Shown: positions 11,840-24,279 of the stretch, piece by piece
Layout: the number at the start of each line of letters is the position of its first letter
Numbering within the stretch: position 1 is the stretch's first letter
Source: Mytilus californianus
Taxonomy: Eukaryota
Length of the DNA: 64,000 nt
NCBI RefSeq assembly: GCF_021869535.1
Contig: NW_026262701.1
Span: 58,590,001-58,654,000 of the forward strand
Reading direction: 5' to 3'
Notes under the pieces: model-generated
The model's database searches: none
Seen by the model: only the letters and a program-made list of their open reading frames with translations
What the model was told of the DNA's origin: nothing
Made by a program: the position numbers and the translations under genes

Positions 11840-12438
11840 TCATCCATTGGATCACCAGTGAAGGTGATACACGGCTGAAAACACATACTATTGTTATATA
11901 TTTGAGTGCGGTAACAACACGAATGAAAATAGTGTTTTATAGGACATAAGTGTTTTCCATAGAAAAACAATTTATTGAAATATTAAATTTCAATAATTGC
12001 CAAAAATAGCGTTATCGGCATTCGGGCAAAAATTTAGTACTTTGAATTTTGAAGTTCGTGTTCCTCCCTTGCTTTTTGCTCACTTTTCTATAAACTTCTA
12101 ATCATGTACAAAGGGGAATTAGGCATACCACAAACTTGATTTCACCTACTGGAATTCTCTGATTGATCTTAATATTATTTTAAAGTATAACTTAGAATTA
12201 TACAGTTCCAAATATAATGACGATTTGAAATTTTCGGACGAACGACAAATGGACAAAAAGACGAATGGACTGACTTAGAACATTGCATGATGTCACCCGT
12301 AATGTATATTATTTCGTACATTCCATAAGAAACACGATAGCAAATTGATATGTAAATTGTCTACGTTGGCGAATTTCAAAACCAATTTTTACTCAAATTT
12401 TGTTCCGTTAACTTAAAAATGAATTTTCTAATTATAAG

Positions 12439-12574
12439 TTATATGGTTCGTTACTACCCCCCTACGGATCCATAGAGGGTTAGTAAAATCCAAAGGGTTT
12501 GGCTGAAGGCCGAATCTCCTATGGATTTTACTCACCCTATATGGTCCGTAGGGGGTCAGTAGTGAACCGTATAA
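12439..12574. repeat. Long imperfect palindrome with GGCT-GAA-GGCC mini-hairpin loop
   Basis: ttatatggttcgttactaccccccctacggatccatagagggttagtaaaatcca is inverted against tggattttactcaccctatatggtccgtagggggtcagtagtgaaccgtataa. An arm copy recurs at about 12700-12735, followed by aaccaatca. Confidence 0.85.
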
Positions 12575-14810
12575 CGAATTTATTACACACGGGACTTTTC
12601 CTGCTGCGTTTTGTAGAAAAACAAAACAATGAAATACAACATCATCAATAGATTACGTTACCATTAACAGTAGACGTGACGTCATGAACCCCATAAGAAA
12701 TTTACTAACCACCTACGGATCTATAGGGGGTCACCATGTGACGGCGTTAAACCAATCACAACGTCATAATTTACCTGCAGTGCGATACGGGGTTTTTGTT
12801 CACTAGGCAACAGCAGTACAAGGTGAAGTGTGGGTTTCTTAGAATTTAGGTTTAAAAAACAAGAAGTCGAAAAATACCATGTACCAAAAAATATGTAGTC
12901 AAGGCTCGTGTTCTATTTAATAAAAAAGACTAACGCCATAATGTTGAAACACAATGTTTGGTATTGAAAAGTTGCGAGATGCTTTTCGTTTATTGCCTTC
13001 ATTATCTTTACAAGAGTATACACTTCTTAAAATAATGTTGCTAAATAAAAATACAAAAAACAAAACAAAAAAAAAACACAAAGACACAAAGTAGTGATAT
13101 TTCACTTCAACAATAACATTTTATAAAACAAATTTGTTTTTCAGAACACCTGTCAGCTTCCATAGCTATATTCAATATAACGTTGGTGCCACAAGTGGAC
13201 TAAGCGTATGTGTGCCGGCAATGTGCACTAACAAAAGTAAGCTGCAATTCGATTTTGACAATTTGTAGATTGTCTCTGTTTTGGTTTAATTTTGTTTTGT
13301 GGATCGTTGTTTTTCTGTTGATCATTGTGTTGTTTATGTTGTTTTCTGGTCATCCTTATGGTATATTCGCTCCTTTTAAATAATAGAGATCTAGGAATTT
13401 TGCATAAAACGTATTGTTAGTACTAAACATTGGGACAAATATGCAAATCAAAAGTTAAAGGACTTTACGCTTTATCGGCAAAACTCTCAATATGTAGAGC
13501 CAAAACTTACTTTCCATGAATCACATTTAATTTAAAAATATATAAAAACATATTTGTATTGGTAACTCACACTATATCTTAACAATGTTAGGGTAGTCGT
13601 TTAGAGAATGAAACTCTTTCTTAAAAAATAGTAGAAACCTTTTCATAAGTTTCAAGATTAATGAATATACTTTTTTCAAATTATCAGAAATATTACATTA
13701 ATCTAATGCTAATTTGATAACATAAATCTGACATGAACTACATGTGAGATAAAGTTACATTTTCTAGTCTCAATAAGTTGAAAGCGGGTGTACCACCCAC
13801 GTCTTGTGGATCCGACTATTTTGAGCATATTAATTAAGAATACAAACGCTATGTATTTACTTATCTCTTCTAGCTAATTTCGACGTCTTTTCTTAAGAAA
13901 GAATATTCCATTCATTTGTTTGGTATGTAATCTGTGTGGTGCTTAAAGCGGAGGAATTGGTCGTTTTAAACTAGTAGTGCGGTGGAGTTTTTGTTTCGTA
14001 TTGAAGGCCTTACTTTTGATTTGTAGATAATGACAGCGGCAAAAGCGCCTGTTTTCTTTGATTCCCCTTGATTCGTGTCCATGAACCGGGATTCGACCGA
14101 AAGATCATATTCAGCTAAATGTTTGACACATTGTTTACTGCGATTATTTAGCTGCAATTGTTCTCTTATAAAAGTAATGATACAGGTTTCTGTTGAAAAC
14201 CATATTGAATATCTTATGTTAGAGATGAATTTATACTAATTTTGAATAATTAAATCGTTCGAATGAACTTAAAATACGAATTCCAGCAATGATGCCATTA
14301 CGGTTGTTTGGTTCGAAAATGAACAATAAAACAATGCATGTATTAACATGTAAAATACACACTTACTGCAAATTCAACTTATATTCACGTGGCACACACG
14401 CTATGATATTTCAGCTGTAAAGACATAATCGTTTTGTTTCAAAGATTAGGTGTGGAAAAGCAACAACCAAATGTTTTGGTACATTAGCCATCCATTAAGA
14501 TACGTTTTATGTCCGTTGAATGTATTTATGCTTTAAAATTTCGATTGGTTCCTTAATGGCACTCTTGATTATATCATAGTAGCCTGTTATTCTCGGTGGT
14601 GGGAGCCAGATACAAACACCGATCTTTGGTCCGAAACAGCCAATTATAAAAGAGCACGTTATCAAGCGTTATTTTGTTAGCATTTAAAAAAAAACTAAAC
14701 TGATGGATAAATTATTTAAAAGTTTAATTAATTTTGTCAACGATTATAATGTAATTATCAAATGTTATTTGATGAACTTAAAGTAATTATAATGTCCAAT
14801 TGCATAAATA

Positions 14811-17800
14811 CTTTACATACAAGAAGCACGAAGACAGAGTAAAAAGGCTTTCTTTAGGAGGGATCGCCTCTTCATAGATGGAGTTGCATTTTTTCCAACA
14901 GAGAAAACCGACCAGCAAAACTCTGGAGTGTCAAGACAACAACCGAGACGAAACTACGATGATGAAGGCGCTCGCCCAAAATCAACTCAAAGAAAAAACA
15001 ACGGGAGACGTTTCCAAAAACAATATTAGGACAACCCTGGAGGCAAAGATACAGAACGAAGTGACCAGTCAACCGATACCTGTGACTTTCACCTTTGTGA
15101 TTCGAATTTAACTGTAAATAAAACTGACAATATTATTAATCTGTTGTGTTTAAACGTATGTGGTATTAAAAATAGATTACTTTACCCTGAATTTAAATCC
15201 CTATTGTGTAATCATGACATTATCTGTCTTACAGAAACTAAACTAGATGATTGCGACTTAATTAATTGTGATGAATTTATTTTTAGTTTTAAAAATAGAC
15301 ACAAACTTTCTAACCATAGATCTGGTGGTATTGCATTGGGTTACCGGAAGTATTTAGAAAAATATATTAAACCTATTGAAACTGAATGCAAATGTGTTTA
15401 TTGGTATACTATTGATAAGAAAGTTTTAAATTTACCTGAAAACGTTTTTATTGGTATAGTTTACATACCACCAGTAAATACAAATTATACATCTGAAGAA
15501 GCTTTTAATGAGATAGAACTTGAACTTCAGAGATTTTCTGAAAAATCTGATTATATTATTTTGGTCGGAGACTTTAACAGTCGAACAGCAAATTTGTCCG
15601 ATTTTTATGATGAAGATGATATAGATGATTTTGTTATTGACTACCTTACTGATCAATCTGATTATACTGATGTATATATGTTAGACGATTTAAATATATC
15701 AAGAACAAGAAATAATCCAGACAAAGTTGTAAATTGTTATGGTAGAAAGTTTCTTGAATTTTGTAAAAATAACAAAGTATTTATTTTAAACGGTAGAGTT
15801 GGTCAAGATGTTATTGGTCGACCTACCAGTAGAAATAATAGTGTTATAGATTATATTGTTTGTACTTCACACTTTTTAAGATGCGTATCGAATTTTGAAA
15901 TTCTCGAATTTTCTAAACTTTTTTCTGATGTTCACTCGCCTATGAAACTATCTATTAATATCGTGAACCCTTCATTTGAACTACACACTACAGAGTTATC
16001 CTACCAAGAAGAAAGTAAAATTGGAAAATGGAAATTTGAGCAAGTGAATGATTTCAAGAATAACATAGATGGTGACAAAATAAGAAATGTTATTGATGAA
16101 TTATCTGTTTATAGTAATCAAGAAAATGTAACAAAATATGAAATAAATACTGTAGTTACAAATATTACTGATATTTTAATTGATTCTGCAAAAGCAACAT
16201 TTGGTACACATAATTTTAATGGAAATATGCTGAATTGTAATAGAAAGCATAATAAACAATGGTATAATTTTGATTGTAAAAAGGGAAAGAAAGAACTGAG
16301 AAAGGCACAAAGAATGTATAAACATTATGGGTCAAATTTATTTAAAGAACGATTACGACACTGTGAATATTACTATAAAAGTGTAATGGATGAACACATT
16401 AAGAAGTATAATAAAGAAATAAGTGATTATATGAAAAAATTAAAATTCAAAAATCCCAAAGAATTTTGGAAACTTTTTAACAGAGGTAGACAACGAGAAA
16501 AAAGCAATATATTGAAACTTTATTTGATTTTTTTAAAGAATTGAATGACAACAAGTTTGAAGACGAGTTTGTCATCGATAATGATTTGAACTCAAATCAT
16601 GTAAATGAGACACTGAATGGTGTAATTACACATGACGAGATTATTAAAGCTATTAAAAAGGCGAAAAACAACAAATCGCCAGGTGAAGATAAAATAATCA
16701 ATGAATATGTTGCAAATTCTCTTGACAGTATGATTGATGTATATTCTAAATTGTTTAATCTTATTTTTGATACGGGTATCTGCCGGAGGCCTGGCTTATT
16801 GGAAACATAATACCAGTGTTCAAGAACAAAGGATGTCAATAAGAAGCAAAAAATTATAGGCCTATTACTTTATTGTCATGCCTCGGTAAGATTTTTACAT
16901 CTATTCTTAATGATAGATTGGGGGAATTTGTTGATGAACTAAATATCTTGAACGAAAACCAAGCAGGCTTCCGACAGGGCTACTCTACCAACGATCATAT
17001 TTTTTCATTATATGCACTCTTCGAGTTGCTATGTGTCAAACGAAAAAAATTACATTGTGTATTCGTTGACTTTGAAAAAGCCTTCGACTTTGTTCAAAGA
17101 AACTCACTTTTGTATAAGCTTGTTTTAAATAAGATAACTGGTAAATTTCTTAGAATTGTAGAAAATTTGTATAAAGATGTTAAATCAAGAGTTGTACATA
17201 ATAATGAAGCATCTGACATGTTTGTAAGTGATATTGGAGTCCGCAAAGGAGAAAATCTTTCTCCTATATTATTTTCTTTATATTTAATGATCTTCATGGA
17301 TTTTTAGAAAATAGTGATTTAAAAGGTATACATTCAATTACTTCTGATATAGAAGATGAACTGGATATTTATTTTAAGATATTTGTCTTATTGTATGCTG
17401 ACGATTCGATTTTACTCGCTGAGACAAGCACAGATTTGTAATTACTTTTAAATAGTTTTTCTCAATATTGTGAAAAGTGGAAACTTAAAAATAATGTTAA
17501 CAAGACAAAGGTAATGATATTTTCAAAAGGTAGACCACAGAATAATTTGAAGTTTTATATTAATAACGAAGAGATAGAAATTGTTAAGAACTATAAATAC
17601 CTTGGTGTTATATTCTCTAGAAATGCTTCTTTTTTTGCAACTACAACATTTCTTAAAGACCAAGCTACTAGAGCTATGTATTGTGTTATTAAGAAGTGTA
17701 GATCTAACCATCTATCTATAGAATGCCAGCTCGATATGTTTGATAAAGCTGTTTTACCTATACTTTTATATGGGGCCGAAATCTGGGGATACGAAAATCT

Positions 17801-18652
17801 TGACATTTTGGAAAGGGTACATTTGAGTTTTTGTAAACATGTTTTACGGTTAAAAAGATCAACTCCAAATTTTATGGTTTACGGGGAATTGGGAAGATAT
17901 CCTATTTCTTTATACGTTAAATTACGGATGATAAAATTTTGGTGTAACCTTCTTGATAACACACTTGATAACAAGATTTCGTCAATTATTAATTATTAAT
18001 TTTAATAAGTATGGAATTGAAAACAAATGGTTGTTATGTATCAAAAGTATTTTTGATAATTGTGGAATGTCAAACATATGGCAAAATCAAGATTGTATCT
18101 CAAAAATATGGATTGTATTAAGCATTGAAAAAAAGTTAAAAGATCAGTTTAGACAAGAATGGCTAGCAAATGTAAATCAATCATCAAAAGGTCTATGTTA
18201 TAAATTATTCAAAACAGAACTTAAATTTGAAAATTATATTTCAATTTTATCGTTAAATAATTCACTGAAACTGAAAAATTGCAAAATGTTCAAAGACCCG
18301 AGAGACTATGCCACCTTTGTGAATCTACTGACATCGGCGATAAATTCCATTATGTAATGTCTGGTCCTTTTTTCAAAAAAGAACGATATAAATATTTACC
18401 ACACTATTGTTGTACAAATGTTAATATTCTTAAATTTAAAAATGTATTCACTACAGTCAATATTGTCTTACTAGAAAAAATGTGTAGATTTATAAACTAT
18501 ATCATGTGTATATATCAGTGAAAGTCTGTCCTCCTGATTAAATTACATTTATTTATGTATATTTCACACATGCAAAATATGTTGTATTTTGTTTATATTT
18601 TCATCTCTGTAACTATGTTATTTAGTTAATGAGAATAAAGATCTATCTATCT
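14811..18652 (+). mobile_element. 5'-truncated non-LTR retrotransposon (APE endonuclease-RT; RTE-X-like by C-terminal CxxC..H..C region), inactivated
   Basis: ORF1 tail 14820..15029 (QEARRQSKKAFFRRDRLFIDG). APE motifs LTETKLD, GDFNSRT and SVIDY..SDH lie in 15144..16544. RT pieces include NQAGFRQGYST, FVDFEKAFD, GVRKGENLSPILF, LYADD and YKYLG. Several frameshifts and a C-terminal deletion near 18278. The 3' end is AATAAA followed by an (ATCT)n tail at about 18634-18652. Confidence 0.92.
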
Positions 18653-18876
18653 GATAGAATATAAAATGCTTCAATAGCTTAATATGATGATCACGTACAA
18701 TAAATTTTAAAGTGATAAAAAACAAATAACGACATAAAAATTAGAAAAATTAAAGGCACATAATATCTCATCTGATAACAGAGAACTCGCTATTTAGAAG
18801 TCTTAAAATTTGCCGTTCTATAAAACACCACTATTCTCTTTTCGAGGAGGATACTGCATTTCAAAAACATCTACAT

Positions 18877-18991
18877 CTACGTTCTCTTCAAATTGGATTC
18901 CAGTTCGCTAACAGTATTTTCTCTACCTATCCTATTGTCTGATGACGTGGTCTTCTGATCAGGTTCATCTCCGTAAGAAGCACTTTTTGCT
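18877..18991 (-). CDS. Putative terminal exon (cytoplasmic tail)
   Basis: Acceptor tttttacag; phase 2 matches the TM exon; reads AKSASYGDEPDQKTTSSDNRIGRENTVSELESNLKRT*. Confidence 0.5.
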
Positions 18992-20753
18992 CTGTAAAAA
19001 GCCATTTCAGAAATTCATTATTTCAGTGAAAATATATACGTTTTTATGTGTGAGTGTGAAAAAGAAAAACAAGCAACGCAACTATACATAATGTTTACTT
19101 TATGTAAGACTCAGACGTATACTGCATTTGTAATGAGCGACGGAACATTTTCACGTTTACCAGAATATAATTCAAATGAACAAAAAGTTCATAACACATG
19201 CACTATTTGTACGTGAGATACGTCAGATGCTAAAGTAATTAAAAATTGTGTCCCGCTTGTGTGTCTGTCTCCGTAATACTGTCACTAATGTGGGATGCTA
19301 AAAATAATACAATTCAAAACAAGCAGCCATTGATGTGATGGGTTCAGCTCTTTTCAAATGATTTTTATAGTTTGTTCTTATTATGTTGTAGTACACGTAG
19401 TACACGGTCGGGGGAAAAGTGTAGGGAGTGGATTCTTCGAACATGTTAAATTCCGCCACATTTTATGTGTGTCTATCCATAACCAGGAGCCTGTAATTGA
19501 GTGGTTTTTAATTGCTGTTATTTGTACCCGAGGATAGAAGAGTGCGGGCGCATTCAAACATATTTAACCCCGCGGTATTCTTTATGTGCCTATCCCAAGT
19601 CACAAGCCTGTAGTTTAGTGGTTGTCTTTGGCTTATGTCTGTCATATTTGTTTTGTTATAACTTATAACAACTTATTCGTTGTTCTATTGACACAAAAGG
19701 ACTAGTAATACACATAACCAAGAATCAAGTTATATTTTGTAGTCATACAGTATGAGTTATGCAATAAAGCGTATGTCTTTCGTTAAAATGTCTAGCGATG
19801 TTATCATATTATTATTAGGTTTATATATAATAAAAAAAACCGCATCCCAACAAAAATCTAAACTTTTCACTAGACGCTTAAAATTTATCCGAGTACTCGA
19901 GTACTCGAGAATTAACCTCAGATCTTTTGACATCCCCAGCTATAATTAGTTATCAAAGGTACCATAAGTTATTCCGTTAGTTTTCACAATTGATTTGCTT
20001 CATATTTTCCATGTCGGGGACTTTCATATCCGACTATACGGTATGGGTTTTTTCTCATTATTTTTTCTATAATTGCTCACATTCACTTCATGTGTAGTTT
20101 GGCTGGATGTTTTTCTCATTGGCAATCATACCACATCTCCTTATATTTATGGACAAAATAATAAACAATTTTAACAACAGTTAAATCAAAAACGTTTTAC
20201 CAAAGCGCTGTCAAGAGCCTTTGACCTTTGATCTCTTCACTAGATATAGTGCAGGATTTTCTTTTTCATCATCACGATTCTTTACTTTTAAGTACTGTCT
20301 TATGTTATTAATAATGTTTTCTCGTTTGAAATTTTATCAAAATTGTTGTGAGTCATGTGATATTTTGGTGTCTGCTCGGCGTTGTGTGTAGCATTTTTCA
20401 AGATAGAAAAAAACTTATAATTTCTTGCTTTGACTGATCGAATTGTATAGTCTTACACAATAACATACTTGTAACATAATATTAAGAATTGTCAACATTG
20501 TCAAATATATTGAATTTGATGGCAATTGCTTATATTCGCGACTTTCGCGTTTAGAAAATTAACGCGAATTTAAATCGTCGCAAATACGTGAAACTTTAAT
20601 CATCTCTTATATAATATATCAAGAAAATGAGAAGATCGCGAAAATAAATGACCGTGAAGTTGGCAAGAAATATCTTATCGCAAAATAGAGTATGAGCGAA
20701 AATGAGTTGGTTAACAGCTTTTGATATTTAGAATTATTCATTTCATCACTTAC

Positions 20754-20850
20754 TTTGAAGCTTTGGTCCTCATCTTGAAACAAATTACACCTGTTATAGC
20801 AATGACAGCAACTACTGAAACTGTTACTATGACCACAATTATAATGAAAT
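20754..20850 (-). CDS. Transmembrane exon
   Basis: tttatag|AT...AA|gtaagt; reads DFIIIVVIVTVSVVAVIAITGVICFKMRTKAS, a hydrophobic helix followed by basic residues. Confidence 0.8.
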
Positions 20851-21238
20851 CTATAAAATATAATGATAACAATATATATATATATATAGCATTTATAGAA
20901 TCCATGTTTGTTGTCAAACATTTAGAAAATTACAGTTACAAAACCTTGCACTTCGAAATACCTTTTCAAACTTTGACATAAGACAAACTTAACTGAGAAC
21001 TAGATGTAAATATGAAAATTAAGGGGAGTAATTCAACATAATTATAATGTCATGCATTGTTTTAACATTGTCACGGACAGCACGTACAGCAATAGCTGTT
21101 GTCTTTTTAACTTATTTCGTATATATATATTAAAAAGTAGCTATGAATTGCATCATTAGTTGATCTATAAAAGTTATGAAATACACGATTCAGAAATAAA
21201 ACGTTTCTGTAGAATATAAAAAGTATAATGACATTTAC

Positions 21239-21278
21239 CTGTTTTTGTTTTGCCGTCTTCTGATGATTCGACCACAAC
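21239..21278 (-). CDS. Short juxtamembrane exon
   Basis: ttttcag|GTT...G|gtaaat; reads VVVESSEDGKTKT; phase 0 to 1 bridges the neighbouring exons. Confidence 0.6.
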
Positions 21279-21883
21279 CTGAAAATTGAGTATCGACATA
21301 TACTTTCACATGTGCTACAGCATGAATGCATCAAAGCGAATGCAAAGACATCTTTCAGACATATGAAAGGAAGAGCATGAGAAATAGTTAAAATATGGAA
21401 AGCAAGAAAATAAACATACACAGACCATTAAAAACAATTTGTTTTAGTTTGTCCAATGTCTTTTTTTTCTGAAATGCATCTTTAATATTTTTGTCTTTTA
21501 GTCGTTTTTCGTTTTGTGCATGGCATTGTTACTAAGTTTGTTTCGACTTATGAGTTCACTATTCATTTGGTATCTTTTACCTCTCTTATTAAAGTATATC
21601 ATAAATGATATGAATGAGTTTCTTTGTTGTCAGTAATAATTCCAAAAATAAAACCAAAAAACAAATTAACATTATAAGAACATGTAAAGACAATATCGTC
21701 AAAAGTGTTGTCAATACACCGTAGAAATTCGTTTGCATTAGGATTTTTTTGCTTACGTAACGATTTTCATACATTGTACCAGTATATTACCTTAGCTGCA
21801 TTTGGCAAAATCTTATAGAATTTTAGGTCCTCAATGCTCTTCAAATTCGTACATATTTTTGGGCTTTTTAAACTTTTTGATTG

Positions 21884-21916
21884 GAGCATCACTGATGAGT
21901 CCTTTGTCGATCAAAC
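21884..21916 (+). ncRNA. Truncated/degenerate type I hammerhead in pLTR-like fragment
   Basis: GCATCA CTGATGA GTC CTTTGTC GAT CAAA C: the CUGAUGA box is intact, GAAA is mutated and the 3' strand of stem I is missing. Confidence 0.5.
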
Positions 21917-22186
21917 GTGCAACAATCCTGGTTTCCATAATGAGCTTCTTTACAGTTGTTATCTCTGAAAATCTCTATTTTGACTTACATGTGTATATGC
22001 ATGTTTGCGTCTGTTTTTATTTTTTTTATAAATTGTTGCCTTATATGTTTCGTTTTTAGAAGATCTAGATGTTCATTTATAATTATATATACGCATAGAA
22101 TCAGTAGCTGTCTGAAAAAGTTTGATCTATAAAGATTGATTGTTGGTGTAAGATGTTGGACATTTTCTAGATTCAGGCGATTTATA

Positions 22187-23613
22187 TACTGTTAAAAGAA
22201 AAAAAAAAGAAACACATAGCTCGGAGGAATTTTTCAAAATGCAAAATATATATTTCACATGGAAATATGAAACGGTCAATTGCATCTTCGAATTTTTACA
22301 GGTAAGGTTTGAACTTTAGATGCCCGTTCTGTTGATTTGGCTCTCTGTCACACGAAATTTGTGACTCGCTAAAAGTACATATGACCTTTTTGGCCGCGAA
22401 ATTTTGATAACGTTTTTCACGAGAATTTTGTGGTCAACTCAACTGTTACACTTATGCACATATCAGGACCAACGATTTAATTCACCACAACATTAAAACG
22501 CTGCAGTGCCCTGATTGGCCCTTATTATTCAAAATTTCGACATCGGCCGTCTCCAGGCCGGAGTGTCCCAAAGTGAAGTAACAAGAACTGAAAATATTAA
22601 TCAGAGCACAATTTCGCGTCTTTGGACAGATACCAGTAGACTGGCTGTACTAAGGACCACCCGAGGAGAGAACGACTTCGGGAAACGACTCCTGGACAAG
22701 ATCGCTTCATCCGAGTATTTCATTTACGGAATCGAATTGTTAACGCAACAGTCACTGTAGGTGAGATACCAGGATTGAGAAGAATTAACTCATAAACAAT
22801 CCACAATCGACTGCGACAACATAGCATAAGACCCAGGAGGCCGTTTTTTGGACCCGTTTTGAGGCCGTTCCACAGACGGAATAAAGTCCGATGGTGCAAC
22901 AGATTGAGGGGCTGGACATTCAGCAACTGCACAGAATCTTGTTCAGTGATGAGTCCATTTTTATGCTTATGATACGTGATGGAAAAACTCGTGTCTTCTG
23001 GGGCACGAATGAACGTTTTACTACCTCGTGTGTCCAAGAAATAGATACCACCGGTGAAGGAAGTGTTGTGATGTGGGTGGCTATTTTTAATGATCGTAAA
23101 ACAGAATTGGTATATGTTCCCGGTAATTTAATGCAAAGGTACAGAGACGAAATTCTCCATCCTCACATCATCCATGTTATTGGCCGACAGAGGGAGTTAT
23201 TCCAGCTGGACAATACTAGGCCTGACACGGCGCGTTTAACAATGGACTACCTTGAGCAGAATAACATCAATGTGATACCTTAGCCTTCAAAATCACCGGA
23301 CTTGAATCCTATTGAGCGTCTATGAGACCAACTGGATAAACGTGTGCACCAGCGTAAACCCCGCCTCAGACACTTGATCAGCTCCTACAAATGTTGCAAC
23401 AGGAAAAAGCGAGCAACTCCACACAACAACATCAAAACATTGATATCATCTATGCGAGAAGTAAAGCAGTCTTAGAAGCGAGAGGTGGTCTTCTCAATCA
23501 AACATGTTTTGAGTGAATATCTTTATTAATAATTGTAAAATTTCCATTCAAAATACATGTATTAAGATTCTTATAACTCCATTATGCGTTTTTTTTTTCT
23601 TTTTTGCACAGTA
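22187..23613 (+). mobile_element. Tc1/mariner transposon, decayed
   Basis: TIR tactgttaaaagaaaaaaaaaaagaaacacatag-cggag is inverted against ctccattatgcgttttttttttctttttttgcacagta, with TA on both sides. Fragments: HTH (GRLQAGVSQSEVTR..NQSTISRLW), DDE (ILFSDES, GSVVMW, FQLDN..P) and SPDLNPIE after the stop at 23281. Confidence 0.9.
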
Positions 23614-23674
23614 TAAATTATAATGCTTGTTGTCGTTTGTTCATTGTGCATTGATCACTAGATATCTTAATTTT

Positions 23675-24255
23675 GGATTATAATTGCCAATTAGACAACT
23701 CTCCACCAGAGATCATTAACAAACGACATATAAGTTAACAGCTATAGGTCACCGTACGGCCTTTAACAATGAGAAAATACCACACAGACAGATATAAAAG
23801 GCTCCGGATTGTTAAATGTAAAACAATTCAAACGGGAAAATTTACGGCCTGATTCATGTAAAAAAAACCAATGAAGGACATACAATTTACAGCAACAAAC
23901 GACAACCACTGAATTACAGGCTCTTGACTTGGGACATGCACATACATAATGTGGCTGGTTAAACATGTTAATTAGCGGTTTCTAATCCCCCATAACATGG
24001 GACAGTGCAACATATGAAAAAAGCAATAAAAATCAGTTGAAAATATTTAAAGGGATTAACTCATCAGATCAATATAAAGCTGAAAAACAAGTAGCAAAAA
24101 CACAGATCGGACGTTGCAGTGTATTACATGTATTACATTCATACAACAAACAAAAAAAAACACGAAGTACAGATCTGAGAGTACTCGCAGTTACTGACAG
24201 CTAGTTCAAAGCTAATAACAACTAATAAGAAAATCATATATATAAGACTAAAATA
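23675..24255 (-). mobile_element. Family A (long form) copy
   Basis: Colinear with 2896-3412, including the gtacagatctgagagtactcgcagttactgacag segment. Confidence 0.8.
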
Positions 24256-24279
24256 TCAATCAGTACACATCCAACATCG

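Noticed and set aside
13940-14560. THAP/Kolobok remnant (QCVKHLAEYDL; ttaa..ggttccttaa)
   Set aside because: Motif match too weak and the ends are not complementary.
15432-17806. Minus-strand ORFs overlapping the LINE
   Set aside because: Antisense shadows of ORF2 with no motifs.
20200-20410. Possible extra cytoplasmic exon
   Set aside because: No clean AG acceptor, and stops occur in the plausible frames.
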